Part shown: piece by piece, positions 41,109 through 51,835 of the stretch
How the letters are laid out: every line of letters begins with the position of its first letter
How positions within the stretch are numbered: the stretch's first letter is position 1
DNA from: Candidatus Caldarchaeum sp.
GTDB lineage: Archaea > Thermoproteota > Nitrososphaeria_A > Caldarchaeales > Caldarchaeaceae
Direction of reading: 5' to 3'
DNA: 64,000 nucleotides
Assembly: GCA_033580815.1 (NCBI GenBank)
Contig: JAVQUC010000001.1
Coordinates: 29,259 to 93,258, forward strand
Notes under the pieces: model-generated
Seen by the model: the letters and a program-made list of their open reading frames with translations, nothing else
What the model was told of the DNA's origin: nothing
Database searches by the model: none
Made by a program: the position numbers and the translations under genes

Positions 41109-42376
41109 AAATTCTTTTCCCAATCCTTGCCATCCTACTTCTACTGGTCAACGTGAATATGCAACGGCCTGAAGTCCTGTTGATAAGCATCGATGGATAC
41201 ATTTCGTCCGGGACCGCGTTATACGTCGAAGATGCGATAGCCGCGTCGAGCAGTTACTCCGCTGTCATCATCACCATAAACACTTTGGGCGGAAGCGCCG
41301 ACGCAATGCTCCGCATAGTCGAGGCAATTCAGAGATCCGTTGCGCCTGTAATCGGGTTCGTGTATCCCCCCGGCGGGAAAGCTCTTTCAGCCGGAACTTA
41401 CATTCTACTGGCTTGTGATTTCGCAGCGATGGCTCCCGGAACTTTGATAGGTTCAGCTCAGCCGGTTGCCGCAGGCGAGCCGGTGACGGACAGCAAGGTC
41501 TTGAACTTCTTCTCTGAAAAAATGGCGACGCTTGCGGAGACACGCGGCAGGAACCGCGAGGAAGCGATGAAAATAGTAACCGAGAACAAAAACTTCAACC
41601 ATCTGTCGGCTCTTGAGAACGGGTTGATAGAGGCCGTCGCGAATGACGTTGAGGAGCTTTTGAAGATAGCGGATGGACGCGTTGTGAAACGGCTTGACGG
41701 CGAGAAAATAATCAACGTCTCCGGGGCAAGGTTGGTAAGAAAGGATCCAGGATTGACAGCTTCGGTTGTTTCGATGCTTTCAGACCCTTTGGTTTCAAGT
41801 CTTTTGATCTCTTTGGGTGTTCTGATGCTGTTGTTCGGTCTCTCTTCACCGGGCTGGGGAGGCGAAGTAATTGGGGGGCTGATGATCGTTTTGGGGTTGG
41901 TTGGGCAGGGGTTGAACATCAATATAGCGGGAGCCTTCCTGGTCTTTCTTGGAGCTGCCCTGCTATTGTATGAGCTGCTTTCGCCGGGGTTTGGAATTAT
42001 CGGAGCGAGCGGCATAATTTCACTGACGGTGGGCATCGTGTTGTTGGGTGGCTACTCGCCAGCGCCAGCTTTCGTAGCACAGGAATGGTTATCATCATTC
42101 CAACTAAGCGTTGTCGTAATCGCCCTGTTCATGGCTGGTTTCCTAGGCTTTCTGATGTACAAATCGTATAAGGCTCAACGGAAGAAACCTGTAGCGCCCG
42201 AGCTGAAATTTGGTAGAGCCACCGAGGACATCGAGGCCGGCAGAGAGGGATATGTCTTCGTCGACGGCGAATACTGGAAAGCGAGGGCTGTCAGACCAGT
42301 AAAACAAAACCAGAGAATAAAAGTTGTGGGAAAGGACAGTGGGTTTCTTCTCGTAGAGCCAGAGGAACCTACCTAA
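41105..42376 (+). CDS. NfeD-like membrane-bound serine protease (stomatin operon partner)
   Basis: ClpP-class N-domain (INTLGGSADAM...ALSAGTYILLACD), TM segments and a C-terminal OB/NfeD domain. Its start overlaps the SPFH gene stop by 4 nt. Confidence 0.85.
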   Translation: MKILFPILAILLLLVNVNMQRPEVLLISIDGYISSGTALYVEDAIAASSSYSAVIITINTLGGSADAMLRIVEAIQRSVAPVIGFVYPPGGKALSAGTYILLACDFAAMAPGTLIGSAQPVAAGEPVTDSKVLNFFSEKMATLAETRGRNREEAMKIVTENKNFNHLSALENGLIEAVANDVEELLKIADGRVVKRLDGEKIINVSGARLVRKDPGLTASVVSMLSDPLVSSLLISLGVLMLLFGLSSPGWGGEVIGGLMIVLGLVGQGLNINIAGAFLVFLGAALLLYELLSPGFGIIGASGIISLTVGIVLLGGYSPAPAFVAQEWLSSFQLSVVVIALFMAGFLGFLMYKSYKAQRKKPVAPELKFGRATEDIEAGREGYVFVDGEYWKARAVRPVKQNQRIKVVGKDSGFLLVEPEEPT

Positions 42377-42797
42377 ACCTTCGACCTCGCTGAAAACCTC
42401 TCGGTCTGTAGCCGCCTCTTCCTGACCTTTCTTCCGTTCCGTAGCTCTCTTTCTGGGATAGGTTGTTCTCGGTGTTGACCTCAATTATTGTTTGGTCCGT
42501 TTGCTCTATTCTTCCGAATTTTCCGAGGTTTAGCTGCATCTTCCCGCGGAACAGCTTGATGAACCCGTTAACAACTTTGACCGAATCGCCTTCGTTGACA
42601 AGGTCAATGTTGTCGTCCCAAAGAACAAGGGTTATGGCTCCTGTTTCGTCGGCTATCAAAGCTTCTGTCAACCGATGCTCCGATTGGTCGTACTGCGACG
42701 ACACAACCCTTGGCTGCGGTTTCTCAACGACTTTTGCCACGAGGTTTACGCCCCGCGAACGCGGGGTCAGGCTTCCAATCTTTACCAATTCACTCAA
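42369..42797 (-). CDS. ssb: Single-stranded DNA-binding protein, crenarchaeal type (single OB fold plus RGG tail)
   Basis: The OB core ALIADETGAITLVLWDD resembles Sulfolobus SSB. The tail is RSGRGGYRPRGFQRGRRFR. Confidence 0.85.
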   Translation of the reverse strand: MSELVKIGSLTPRSRGVNLVAKVVEKPQPRVVSSQYDQSEHRLTEALIADETGAITLVLWDDNIDLVNEGDSVKVVNGFIKLFRGKMQLNLGKFGRIEQTDQTIIEVNTENNLSQKESYGTEERSGRGGYRPRGFQRGRRFR

Positions 42798-44431
42798 TTT
42801 CTTTCTTCACTCTTTTCTTGGTGCATATTACCTGTTTTCGACCTATTTAAAGATTGAGATACGGCGTCCATCAAAGTTGCGTAGGCCTTCTCGATCCCCA
42901 TGTCTTCGAAGACGAAGGTCGCGAACTTTGGACCGCTCGGGTGTCCAATCAAAATCCTGTAGAGGGTTTCGAACAGCGTCGAAGGCTTTACGCCATTTCT
43001 GCGCGCGGTTTCGAAAACTTTAGCTTGAAGGATTTCTGGGCTCTGTGAAACGGTCATCGCCTCCGCGACCTGTAAAACAGCCGTTCTCATGGGCTCCTCT
43101 AGCTTGACCGGCTCAACCGCTGGCCTGCCGAATGTTTTATAAAAATTCACAGCCATCTCAACTTTTTTGAGCATTTCTTCGTCAGTTTTGTACCCGTACT
43201 TGTTAAGTTTTGAAGCGACGAACTCCACTTCCTTTGAGGTAGGCGCCACTGATGCGAGAAAAATCAGTAGGTTGTAGGGTACGGTGTTTGGCTTATTCTG
43301 GGGCGGCTTCAGAAGGTGAGCGTAGGCGTAAAGCCCCGTCCTTCTCGGGTCTCCGTCTCCTCTGTAGTATTGTTCGCCGAGCTGGTCGAGCTCGTTCATC
43401 AAAGCCGGTATCAGGGAAGGCGAAACCACACGAGTTCCCTTGATTCGTTTGAGGAAAAGGAGGACGAGGCTTTGGGGGGAACCGTACTTGAGCCATTCAT
43501 GGGGTGTGAAAACGGAGACACCCCTTGACTTTGATATTTTCCTCTTCGAAGCATCGAGAAAAAGCTCATACTGCACATGGTAAGGAGCAGGGACTCCGAG
43601 GATGTTTTCGCATACCCAGTCGTTGACCTTCACCGAAGCCGCTAGGTCTTTACCGTAGGCCTCGAACCGTACGTCGAACCCTGCCCAGCGCGCGGCCCAT
43701 TCCACCTTCCACGAAAGCTTCCCCTCAGCCTTCGTTACGTCAGCTTCACCTTCGAAACCGCAACCCTCAAACCAACGCTTCTTAATCGACACGCCTTGGC
43801 AAACATAGTGAACCCTGTGAGTTTCTTCATCGAACCCATATGCGCGGGTGGTGTAGATGCGGCCGCATCGCTCGCATAGCGGAAAATAGGGAAGCATCGT
43901 CTTGAACTTTTCCTGACCAGTTAGCTCTGCAATTTTTTCACCCACTATTTTCCAGTTGGACAGAATTTTGATTATCTCATTCTTGAGACGTCCTTCACGG
44001 TAGACGATGTAGCCCCTGTAGAGTTTTGCTTCAACCCCTGTTTTTGCAAGTGCGTCGATTAGTTGTGCTTCCATGTGTTCTGCGTATGATTCGTGACAGT
44101 TGAAAGGGTCGGGTATGAGTGAAACTGGCTTGAGAAGATGTTTTTCATAGTCTATCGGAATTTCGGATGGGACGCTGCGCAGCCCGTCCATGTCGTCGGC
44201 GAACTGTATCATCTCGGAGTTGTATCCAAGGTTTTTAATGGCTAGAGTAACGGCGTATGCTCTGACGGAGTCCGACAAGCTCCCGATGTGCACAAACCCC
44301 GAGGCGGCGATCCCGGCCTCTGTCACGATGTTTTCCAGGCTACGGCCCAGTTTTTTCTCACGCTCGATGACGTCCCATGCTAGCTTGTCAATCCAAGTTC
44401 CCAGCCCGATGCGTCGTCGCTCATTCATCAC
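42794..44431 (-). CDS. lysK: Lysyl-tRNA synthetase, class I
   Basis: GFVHIGSLSD (HIGH variant) and KISKSRG (KMSKS variant). Confidence 0.92.
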   Translation of the reverse strand: MMNERRRIGLGTWIDKLAWDVIEREKKLGRSLENIVTEAGIAASGFVHIGSLSDSVRAYAVTLAIKNLGYNSEMIQFADDMDGLRSVPSEIPIDYEKHLLKPVSLIPDPFNCHESYAEHMEAQLIDALAKTGVEAKLYRGYIVYREGRLKNEIIKILSNWKIVGEKIAELTGQEKFKTMLPYFPLCERCGRIYTTRAYGFDEETHRVHYVCQGVSIKKRWFEGCGFEGEADVTKAEGKLSWKVEWAARWAGFDVRFEAYGKDLAASVKVNDWVCENILGVPAPYHVQYELFLDASKRKISKSRGVSVFTPHEWLKYGSPQSLVLLFLKRIKGTRVVSPSLIPALMNELDQLGEQYYRGDGDPRRTGLYAYAHLLKPPQNKPNTVPYNLLIFLASVAPTSKEVEFVASKLNKYGYKTDEEMLKKVEMAVNFYKTFGRPAVEPVKLEEPMRTAVLQVAEAMTVSQSPEILQAKVFETARRNGVKPSTLFETLYRILIGHPSGPKFATFVFEDMGIEKAYATLMDAVSQSLNRSKTGNMHQEKSEERN

Positions 44432-44453
44432 AAACAGCAGTTCTAACCATTTG

Positions 44454-45296
44454 TTATACCTTTAAAGCTTTGACAGAGAGGGCTTCCGGAACATACACGG
44501 GTCTGAAACCAGAACGGCGCAGACGTCGCATGACACCCTTGTAGAAGAGGCTTCCCTTCTTTATACCCGGTTGGCCGACGTAGTGGACAAGAACTCCTCC
44601 CTTTCTCAAAACTTTCCAAACTAGTCTGTAGAAGTCCAGCGAGTAGAGCTCGCCTGCCACCTTCACGGTGGGAGGGTCGTGCATGACGGCGTCGAACACA
44701 GCATCACAGCCTTCGAGAAATGAGAAGGCATCCTCCAAAACGACCTCTATCTTTTCGGCGAAAAGCCCCCGAGACCATGGGTTGTAAGCCGCCATCTTCA
44801 ACACGTTAACATCCTTCTCAACCGTGACTACTTTGACGGCTCCCTTTGCTGCTATCGCGGCGGCCGTGTATCCTAGGCCTGTGCAGATGTCGAGAACTTT
44901 CGCGCCAGACAGGTCTGGGAATAATGAGACTTTCATTTCAGCATCTTGCACAGGATCCAGTCCGACGGTCCTATGCATCCTGACTCCGTTTATTTCGATA
45001 GTCGGCGGCCTACGCCAGCCGGCAACAACCAGCCGATAGAATGATTTTTCGAACCAAGCCAGTCTGGAAAACCCTTCGTCTACCACGTAAACATCCTCGA
45101 GTCTGGAACAAATTTGTTTCAGCCTATCCCATGGCAAAATTCTTCCACCGACCAGCACACCTTCCGAAACCCTTTCAGCCCTCTCGGCCGAAATTCCGAG
45201 GTCTAGCGACACGTCTGGTGACTCACCAGTCAGAATCTGTCTGGCCTCGTATCCCGACAAAAGAGGAACTTTGACGGGTCTCAGCGAGTAAGCCAT
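44454..45296 (-). CDS. Class I SAM-dependent methyltransferase
   Basis: VLDICTGLGYTAAAIA (motif I) and MHDPPT (motif IV-like). The start is placed at the internal MAYSLRP to avoid a divergent overlap with dtdA. Confidence 0.7.
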   Translation of the reverse strand: MAYSLRPVKVPLLSGYEARQILTGESPDVSLDLGISAERAERVSEGVLVGGRILPWDRLKQICSRLEDVYVVDEGFSRLAWFEKSFYRLVVAGWRRPPTIEINGVRMHRTVGLDPVQDAEMKVSLFPDLSGAKVLDICTGLGYTAAAIAAKGAVKVVTVEKDVNVLKMAAYNPWSRGLFAEKIEVVLEDAFSFLEGCDAVFDAVMHDPPTVKVAGELYSLDFYRLVWKVLRKGGVLVHYVGQPGIKKGSLFYKGVMRRLRRSGFRPVYVPEALSVKALKV

Positions 45297-45330
45297 CGGT
45301 GATTTTATTACGTCGTCAACGGTAAAAAAG

Positions 45331-46134
45331 GTGTTGAAAACCGCCATAATGTTGTCGCTCACGGACCAAGCGGCTGTAAACATCCTGCAGCGGCTTGTGG
45401 AAAATTTCGGGTTTCGTCAACTGTCTCCTACACTATACAGGAAGGATGTTGTAGATGTTATCTGTGTTGAGGGATCTATGTTGAACGCCGACGACCAGGT
45501 TGCTAAAGTGGACGCGGACCTTATCCTAGTCGCTTCAAAGCATGTTTCCGAGTCGGGTCGTCCGTGCATATTGGCTCATTCAACCGGCAACTGGGGAGCT
45601 TCTGCGGAATACGGAGGTAGGCCGGAGAAACTTTCGATGACATCGGCCAGAGCTCTTTACGCGACTGTTCATAGAGCTTTAGAGGCTGTAGATTCGCTGG
45701 GGCTGAAGAACGTGGAGGTCGGGATGGAGGCCACGCATCACGGGCCCTACTCCGAGAAGCCGCTGATTTTTGTGGAATTGGGTTCGTCACCGCGGGAATG
45801 GATAGACTCGGCCATGGCCGAAGCAGTCGCCCAGACGATACACAACGTATGTTTTGATACATCATGGCGGGCTCCGGAGCCGGCTGCAGGTTTTGGTGGC
45901 GGACATTACGCCCGCGACATCCTGAGACAGGTATTAGATCATCAATACTGTGTAGGGCACGTCGCTTCCAAACATCATTTCCCACTTTCAAACAAAGCCA
46001 CTGCGCAGGCCTTTACCCGAACAATAGAAAGACCACGGACAGCGCTTATCGACTGGGACGGGCTTAAATCGGAGCATAGAAACCAGCTTTTGCAATATCT
46101 CGCGGAATTGGACGTAGTTGTGGTTAAGGTTTAG
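45331..46134 (+). CDS. dtdA: D-aminoacyl-tRNA deacylase, archaeal DTD2 type
   Basis: SLTDQAAVNI, SKHVSESGRP, EATHHGP and FVELGSS. Confidence 0.85.
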   Translation: MLKTAIMLSLTDQAAVNILQRLVENFGFRQLSPTLYRKDVVDVICVEGSMLNADDQVAKVDADLILVASKHVSESGRPCILAHSTGNWGASAEYGGRPEKLSMTSARALYATVHRALEAVDSLGLKNVEVGMEATHHGPYSEKPLIFVELGSSPREWIDSAMAEAVAQTIHNVCFDTSWRAPEPAAGFGGGHYARDILRQVLDHQYCVGHVASKHHFPLSNKATAQAFTRTIERPRTALIDWDGLKSEHRNQLLQYLAELDVVVVKV

Positions 46135-46178
46135 GAACCGAGTGTTTATATACCGAGAATGGCAACAATAGCCGGGCG

Positions 46179-46550
46179 ATGCTGCTTCCGGCTGAAATCG
46201 AGTCGAAGGTGATGATTCCCTTCCTGAGGTCAATGGTGGCGAAGAAGCTTGTCCACGAAAACGGCTTCACCCAAGAGCAGGTAGCTCGGGTGCTCGGCAT
46301 AACGCAAGCGGCCGTCAGCAACTATCTCAGAGGGGTCAGAGGAGTTTCATCCGATTGGGAAAAGAACGAGGAACTGGTGAAATGGGCTGACGAAGTCGTC
46401 GAAGCTGTCCTGAGGAACGAGCCGAAAGAGGAAATCGCCCGAAGGATAAACGAAGCTCTGAAAAACATTCGCGTGCTGCGCATACTATGTGAATTTCACA
46501 AAAGAGTTGAGCCAGAAATAGACGTGGATTCGTGCCACGTATGCGACTAG
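46179..46550 (+). CDS. HTH regulator, paralog of the N-terminal module of the adjacent ThiR-like protein
   Basis: ARVLGITQAAVSNYL HTH plus C-x-FH...C-x2-C (CEFHKR...CHVC). It aligns to residues 1-125 of ORF 46547-47488. Confidence 0.6.
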   Translation: MLLPAEIESKVMIPFLRSMVAKKLVHENGFTQEQVARVLGITQAAVSNYLRGVRGVSSDWEKNEELVKWADEVVEAVLRNEPKEEIARRINEALKNIRVLRILCEFHKRVEPEIDVDSCHVCD

Positions 46551-47488
46551 CTGCTGAGAAAGCGGTTGGACAACTTTAAAACCTTCTCGAACAGCTTTTC
46601 TAAATCCTCCGCAAAGAGGTAGGTGATTGGCTCATAACCGACGCCGCCCCCGTGCACTATGGCCTCGGGAAATTTTTCAAAAGACCTCGAAACGCTCTCG
46701 AGGTCGAGAAGAACAGTCTCGTCAGTTATGGTCGTGGTGTGTGGGGCTACTATGGCGTAGGCCAACCCAGCTTTATCCAAAGCTCGTTTCATATTTTCGG
46801 AATAATTCAAGTTCACTGCCGCACGGATTTTTCTGTCAAACTTTCTGGCGGTCAAAAGCACTAAAGCGAGATGATGGCTTCCCCCGAAAGCAGGCTTGCC
46901 CACCGACCTTACTTCGTCATCGACCGCAACTATCCTGCCAACTACGCCGGCCACGTCATCTACAGACTTGGGGTTCTCAACACTGTAGACTAAATTGGTT
47001 CCGACCTGTGGAATCAGTTTGGCAAACCAACGACTCGATTCAAGTTTTTTAACGTATTTCTCCAATTCCTTGAGAATCTTCGTTTTTTCGTCGTCGAATT
47101 CGGCGGTAAAAATCCGGCCGATGCAGATGTCACAGTTTATCAACTGTGGATACATCCGCCGATGAAAATCGCAAAAACGGCCTTTTGAAAGGAGCTCGAG
47201 CCAAAAAGCTTGAATGATTTGCGTGGCTCTAACCGGGTTCGAAATTATTTCGTCGCAAATGGTGTCGACCAGAAGAGTTGTTTCCCGTTGCTCGACCCCT
47301 AACTCTTCAAGCCTTCTGTAGAACCTTTTTTCGTCGACCGCCAGAATTTGACTCACAGCGGACTGCGTTATACCCAGGTATCGTGCTATCGATGTCTGTC
47401 CCTTACCATGCTTTTTCAGCCTATGAACTACAAGCCCTCGAACCGCCGGAAGAAACACCTTCGTCATCATCTCACATGGCGGGAACAT
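46547..47488 (-). CDS. ThiR-like regulator (HTH plus ThiN domain)
   Basis: N-terminal ARYLGITQSAVSQIL and CDFHRR...CDIC. The C-terminal ThiN-like domain includes GTNLVYSV...GRIV...PAFGGSHHLA. Confidence 0.7.
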   Translation of the reverse strand: MFPPCEMMTKVFLPAVRGLVVHRLKKHGKGQTSIARYLGITQSAVSQILAVDEKRFYRRLEELGVEQRETTLLVDTICDEIISNPVRATQIIQAFWLELLSKGRFCDFHRRMYPQLINCDICIGRIFTAEFDDEKTKILKELEKYVKKLESSRWFAKLIPQVGTNLVYSVENPKSVDDVAGVVGRIVAVDDEVRSVGKPAFGGSHHLALVLLTARKFDRKIRAAVNLNYSENMKRALDKAGLAYAIVAPHTTTITDETVLLDLESVSRSFEKFPEAIVHGGGVGYEPITYLFAEDLEKLFEKVLKLSNRFLSS

Positions 47489-47540
47489 GACTGAACTTAG
47501 TTTTCGAGGTTTATAAGCAACCTGCCTGAAAAATCGCCCG

Positions 47541-48578
47541 ATGCAACGTCACGACATGGAGATGCCGCAGTACATAGTGATAGGCAATAATCTCACTGAC
47601 ACAATAGTTTGGCGCGCTCAAAAGATTCACCATTTTAAAAGAATCACTATGGTCACGAGCAAAACCCCGTTCAGAGTGTATGGCTCGAAAATCCTTGAGA
47701 AGACAGATTCTTCCTTGAGCGTAGAGATTCTCCTCGTGGACGAGGTCGTTGAAAACTTCTCGACACACGTCTCAGTCGCGAAAAATTCCGACGTGGTATT
47801 TGGTGTTGGAGGCGGACGAGTGCTCGACGTCTCAAAAGCTTTGGCGGAGGCGATTGGAAAGCCGTTTGTCAGCATTCCAACCGTTGCGTCCCACGACGGT
47901 ATAGCAAGTCCTATGACATCCTTCCGCAGTGAAGGGAAGGCTTATTCGAGGAAATCTGTGATGCCCCGCGAAATATATGCTGACATGGCCGTCATTTCCG
48001 TAGCACCGCGCCGTTACCTCTTGAGCGGATACGGAGACCTCGTTGCCAAACACACTGCAGTGCGGGATTGGTGGCTGGCCCACGTAGAGACCGGTGAATA
48101 TTACGGGAGATACGCCGCCCATCTCGCAAACCTGAGCGCAAACGTCATAATGAAATCGGCCAAACATATCTCCAACGACTGGAACGAAGGAGTGAGAACA
48201 GTTGTCGAAGCACTGATAAGCGCGGGTGTAGCGATGGGAGTGGCAGGCAGCAGCAGGCCGTGTAGTGGAAGCGAACACTTGATCGCCCATGCGCTCGAAA
48301 CATTGATGGAAAAACCAGCCCTTCACGGCGAAAGGTGTGGGGTCGCGACCGTTTTCACCTCTTGGCTTCATAAGTCAAAGTGGGAGAAGGTTTTGCAAAG
48401 TTTGAAAACCGTCGGAGCACCATACACCTTGAAGCAAATCGGTGTTGATGCCGAATTGTTCGCGGAGGCCGTTATGAAAGCACCGGAACTCAGAAAAGAG
48501 CGCTATACCATCTTACATAAAGTGCCTTTAACGAAGCAAGACATATTCCATGTGCTAGAGGAAACGATGCTAGTGTAG
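47541..48578 (+). CDS. egsA: Glycerol-1-phosphate dehydrogenase [NAD(P)+]
   Basis: GVGGGRVLDVSK and PTVASHDGIASP, from the iron-ADH/G1PDH family. Confidence 0.85.
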   Translation: MQRHDMEMPQYIVIGNNLTDTIVWRAQKIHHFKRITMVTSKTPFRVYGSKILEKTDSSLSVEILLVDEVVENFSTHVSVAKNSDVVFGVGGGRVLDVSKALAEAIGKPFVSIPTVASHDGIASPMTSFRSEGKAYSRKSVMPREIYADMAVISVAPRRYLLSGYGDLVAKHTAVRDWWLAHVETGEYYGRYAAHLANLSANVIMKSAKHISNDWNEGVRTVVEALISAGVAMGVAGSSRPCSGSEHLIAHALETLMEKPALHGERCGVATVFTSWLHKSKWEKVLQSLKTVGAPYTLKQIGVDAELFAEAVMKAPELRKERYTILHKVPLTKQDIFHVLEETMLV

Positions 48579-48607
48579 TATATATCAAGGTTTACCCGAC
48601 ATTATCT

Positions 48608-50011
48608 GTGGCCTACAGGATAGAAGCAGACACTCTAGGTGAAATGAAGGTTCCAGCCGATGCTCTGTACGGCGCGCAAACAGCTCGTGCAGTCGATAAT
48701 TTCCCCATCTCGGGTCTAAGGTTTCCCAGGTCTTTCATCCGAGCGCTTGGCCTGATAAAACATGCGGCGGCCGAAGCGAACATGGAGCTCGGCCTCCTAG
48801 ATCAAAGAATTGGACAGGCGATTTCGAAAGCTGCCCTCGAAGTTGCAGAGGGATTGCATGACAGGCATTTCGTCGTCGATGTGTTCCAAACAGGTTCCGG
48901 TACCTCAACGAACATGAACGCGAACGAGGTAATCGCGAACCGAGCCCTTGAAATCCTCGGCCTGAACAGGGGTGATAAGAAGACAATTCATCCTAACGAC
49001 CACGTCAACATGGCTCAGTCGACCAACGACGTAATTCCCACTGCAATCAACGTTGCAGCCGCAGAAGAGATAGTTAAAAAACTTCTTCCAGCACTCGAGC
49101 TTCTCGAAAAAGAGCTCTCTAAAAAAGCGTCAGAATTCTCGGAATACGTTAAATCCGGGAGAACGCATTTTCAGGACGCCGTACCGGTGACGTTTGGGCA
49201 AGAATTTTCCGGCTATTTCACCATGATTAAGAAGAGCCGACGCCGTGTATCGAACGCGTTAGAAAGCCTCTACGAGCTGCCCATCGGTGGTACGGCCGTG
49301 GGCACGGGGTTAAACGCTCATCCATCTTTCGCCGACAAAGTCGTCGAAAAGCTGAGCAGGCTTACGGGCATTAGATTCCGCGTCGCCGAAAATAGGTTCG
49401 AGGCCATGGGAACACGCGATTGCTGCCTCGAAGCGTCAGCGGCATTGAGAAGCACAGCCGTCTCCCTTCTCAAGATATGCAACGACTTGAGAATCCTTTC
49501 GTCGGGTCCAAACACTGGAATCGGCGAGATCGAACTCCCAGCCGTACAACCAGGCTCATCGATCATGCCTGGAAAGGTAAACCCAGTAATCGTAGAGTCA
49601 GCGATGCTGGCCGCTGCTCAAGTCATTGGATACGACAGGGCAATTGAAGAAGCCTGCCGTCTGGGCGAGCTCGAGCTCAACATGGGGTTTCCGCTCATCG
49701 CCTACGACCTCTTACAATCAATCGAGATACTCGCCAATACGTGCGAAAACCTTGCGTTAAAATGCATAAGAGGTATCAAGGTCAACGTTGAAAAAGCTAG
49801 GAAAATCGCTGAGTCAAGCCCAGCCCTCGTCACAGTGGTTGCGCCGATGATCGGCTATGATAAGGCTGCAAAAATCGCAAAGAAAATGCTCAGCGAAAAC
49901 AAGACCATCAAGGAAGCGCTCATCGAAGAAGGTGTTGCGACACCTGAAGAAGTTGATAAAATCATCGACCTCCTCAAGCTAACTAAGGGAGGCATCATGG
50001 GAAGAGTATAG
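48608..50011 (+). CDS. fumC: Fumarate hydratase class II
   Basis: [11 protein letters not shown] signature and [10 protein letters not shown]. Confidence 0.95.
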   Translation: MAYRIEADTLGEMKVPADALYGAQTARAVDNFPISGLRFPRSFIRALGLIKHAAAEANMELGLLDQRIGQAISKAALEVAEGLHDRHFVVDVFQTGSGTSTNMNANEVIANRALEILGLNRGDKKTIHPNDHVNMAQSTNDVIPTAINVAAAEEIVKKLLPALELLEKELSKKASEFSEYVKSGRTHFQDAVPVTFGQEFSGYFTMIKKSRRRVSNALESLYELPIGGTAVGTGLNAHPSFADKVVEKLSRLTGIRFRVAENRFEAMGTRDCCLEASAALRSTAVSLLKICNDLRILSSGPNTGIGEIELPAVQPGSSIMPGKVNPVIVESAMLAAAQVIGYDRAIEEACRLGELELNMGFPLIAYDLLQSIEILANTCENLALKCIRGIKVNVEKARKIAESSPALVTVVAPMIGYDKAAKIAKKMLSENKTIKEALIEEGVATPEEVDKIIDLLKLTKGGIMGRV

Positions 50012-51206
50012 GCCTCGGAGCAAAGTCACCTAAACGTCCAACACGGTCCAACTGTTCCAAAACATAGTCCCTAATTTTTTTCGCTGAAGGCAGGTCAACT
50101 ATCACTTCTCCTTTCGCCATCACCTGTTTGAGCAACGGCCTACATGGGCCACCGCAGACCGGACAACTGTCTACATGCTTGCCCCAAACAGTCACGACAT
50201 CATGCATTTTTTCGCATCGGTAAACCTGTTTTTTGCCAGGAAGTTTACCCCGTTTGGACATCGGCTGCCCTCCCCTTTCGACTATATCCAGGGCTAGGTC
50301 AACAGATTCGGGAAAGGCGATCGACGTTCCCACGCCGAAACCATCAACTATGTCTGCAAGATCTTTGATGTTTTCCTCAGCCAACCCGCCGCTGACAAAA
50401 ATCTTGACGTCGGGAAAACCTTTGATGCTCAGCGTCCAGCGAGTTTCTTCGACGATCTTCCTCATGTTCCCCCTACGCGATCCCGGCGTATCAAGTCTCA
50501 CGCCGTAAAGTTTTTTCCCGAGAGTTTCAGCCGCTCGAATTGATTCCTGTCGTTCATCGTAGAAAGTATCGACTAATGCTATTCGGGGAACGTTTTCAGG
50601 CATAACTTCATCGAACAAACGCCAAGCTTTTACCTCATCAGCTAACACAAGAATCAACGCATGGGGCATCGTTCCCATCGGGTCCAGCCCCATCATCGTG
50701 GCACCCACAACACCTGAAACAGCGTCGCAGCCTCCTAAGTATGCAGCCCTGTCAACCATTGGGGCGATCGCTGGATGAACCGACCTAATTCCAAAAAACA
50801 GCACCGGTCTTCCGTCGGCTGCTAGCTTGACCCTCGCAGCCTTGGTCGAAACGCTAGTCGAGTGACGGATCATGCCGAGAATTGAAGGCTCGTAGACGGC
50901 GAAATCCACGTAACGGCCCTCTATCCTGGACACCGGCTCCATCACTTTGAACAAAGTTCCCTCATCCATAGCGTAGAGGTCGACCGGAATTCCTTCGAGC
51001 AGCCACAAAACCTCCTCCAACCCGGTGAAAACCGCCCAATCATAACCCGCCGGAAAGCCGTATGAATGGATTTCAGCTGCGACACGGACTTCAGAAGAAC
51101 CGCTACGCTCAAGTATGGTCTTCGTCCTCTGGAAATATATGTCTGTGACTTCTCCGCTTCTAATTTTTTCCAGGCCGCAAGAGTAAGGCATTGGGTTGCG
51201 CTTCAT
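49995..51206 (-). CDS. pncB: Nicotinate phosphoribosyltransferase (archaeal type) with C-terminal Zn ribbon
   Basis: [27 protein letters not shown], then C...CPVCGGPC. Confidence 0.85.
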   Translation of the reverse strand: MKRNPMPYSCGLEKIRSGEVTDIYFQRTKTILERSGSSEVRVAAEIHSYGFPAGYDWAVFTGLEEVLWLLEGIPVDLYAMDEGTLFKVMEPVSRIEGRYVDFAVYEPSILGMIRHSTSVSTKAARVKLAADGRPVLFFGIRSVHPAIAPMVDRAAYLGGCDAVSGVVGATMMGLDPMGTMPHALILVLADEVKAWRLFDEVMPENVPRIALVDTFYDERQESIRAAETLGKKLYGVRLDTPGSRRGNMRKIVEETRWTLSIKGFPDVKIFVSGGLAEENIKDLADIVDGFGVGTSIAFPESVDLALDIVERGGQPMSKRGKLPGKKQVYRCEKMHDVVTVWGKHVDSCPVCGGPCRPLLKQVMAKGEVIVDLPSAKKIRDYVLEQLDRVGRLGDFAPRPILFP

Positions 51207-51835
51207 TGTCTAAAGGTGATTAAATCTGACCTCGTTAAAATACCTCTGTAGAGGAAGGAGACCTGCCTTAATGCCACTTTCATGTCGAAGTCGTTCAAGG
51301 CCGAAACACAGTCAACTGGTACGTAGACTTTGTACCACCTAAGTGCAGCGCTGCCGGCCGTGTGAAGAACGCAGATGTTGGCCACGGTTCCCGTTACCAA
51401 AAGGTGTTGTATTCCGTGAAGGCGCAGTAGATGGTCTAGGCTAGTCCCGTAAAACCCGTCATAACGCAGTTTCTTGACGATAAAGTCAGAGCCCGTTGGT
51501 TTCAGCTGGTCAACTATCTCGGCTCCCCAAGTCCCGGCCAATGCATGTTCTCCCCATATTTCGAACTCTGGGTCTTTCGGGTCGTGCCAATCCTGTGTAT
51601 AGAAAATTTTGACGCCGGCATCTCTTGCTTTCTTGACCAGCTTCTCCAGATTAGGAATGGTCGAAACCGATTGAGGAACGAAGAGTTTGCCTTTTGGATG
51701 GCAGAAATCGTTCTGCATGTCCACCACAATCAAGCCCGTTGACGAGCTTTCCAGCATGACGGAAACAGGCTCGGGAATAGAGGGCTCGACCACACATATA
51801 GTCATCAACGCATAAATAATAAGTTTGCCAATCAA
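51203..51835 (-). CDS. pncA: Nicotinamidase/isochorismatase family
   Basis: [16 protein letters not shown] and [13 protein letters not shown]. Its start overlaps the pncB stop by 4 nt. Confidence 0.85.
   Translation of the reverse strand: MIGKLIIYALMTICVVEPSIPEPVSVMLESSSTGLIVVDMQNDFCHPKGKLFVPQSVSTIPNLEKLVKKARDAGVKIFYTQDWHDPKDPEFEIWGEHALAGTWGAEIVDQLKPTGSDFIVKKLRYDGFYGTSLDHLLRLHGIQHLLVTGTVANICVLHTAGSAALRWYKVYVPVDCVSALNDFDMKVALRQVSFLYRGILTRSDLITFRQ

Noticed and set aside
41458-42036. A 192-aa antisense ORF within the NfeD gene. Similar antisense ORFs occur at 39428-39979, 47832-48371, 45521-45991, 28095-28556 and 21393-21863.
   Set aside because: All lie fully inside strongly supported genes on the opposite strand or in another frame. 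All have skewed Ser/Arg/Pro composition typical of shadow ORFs.
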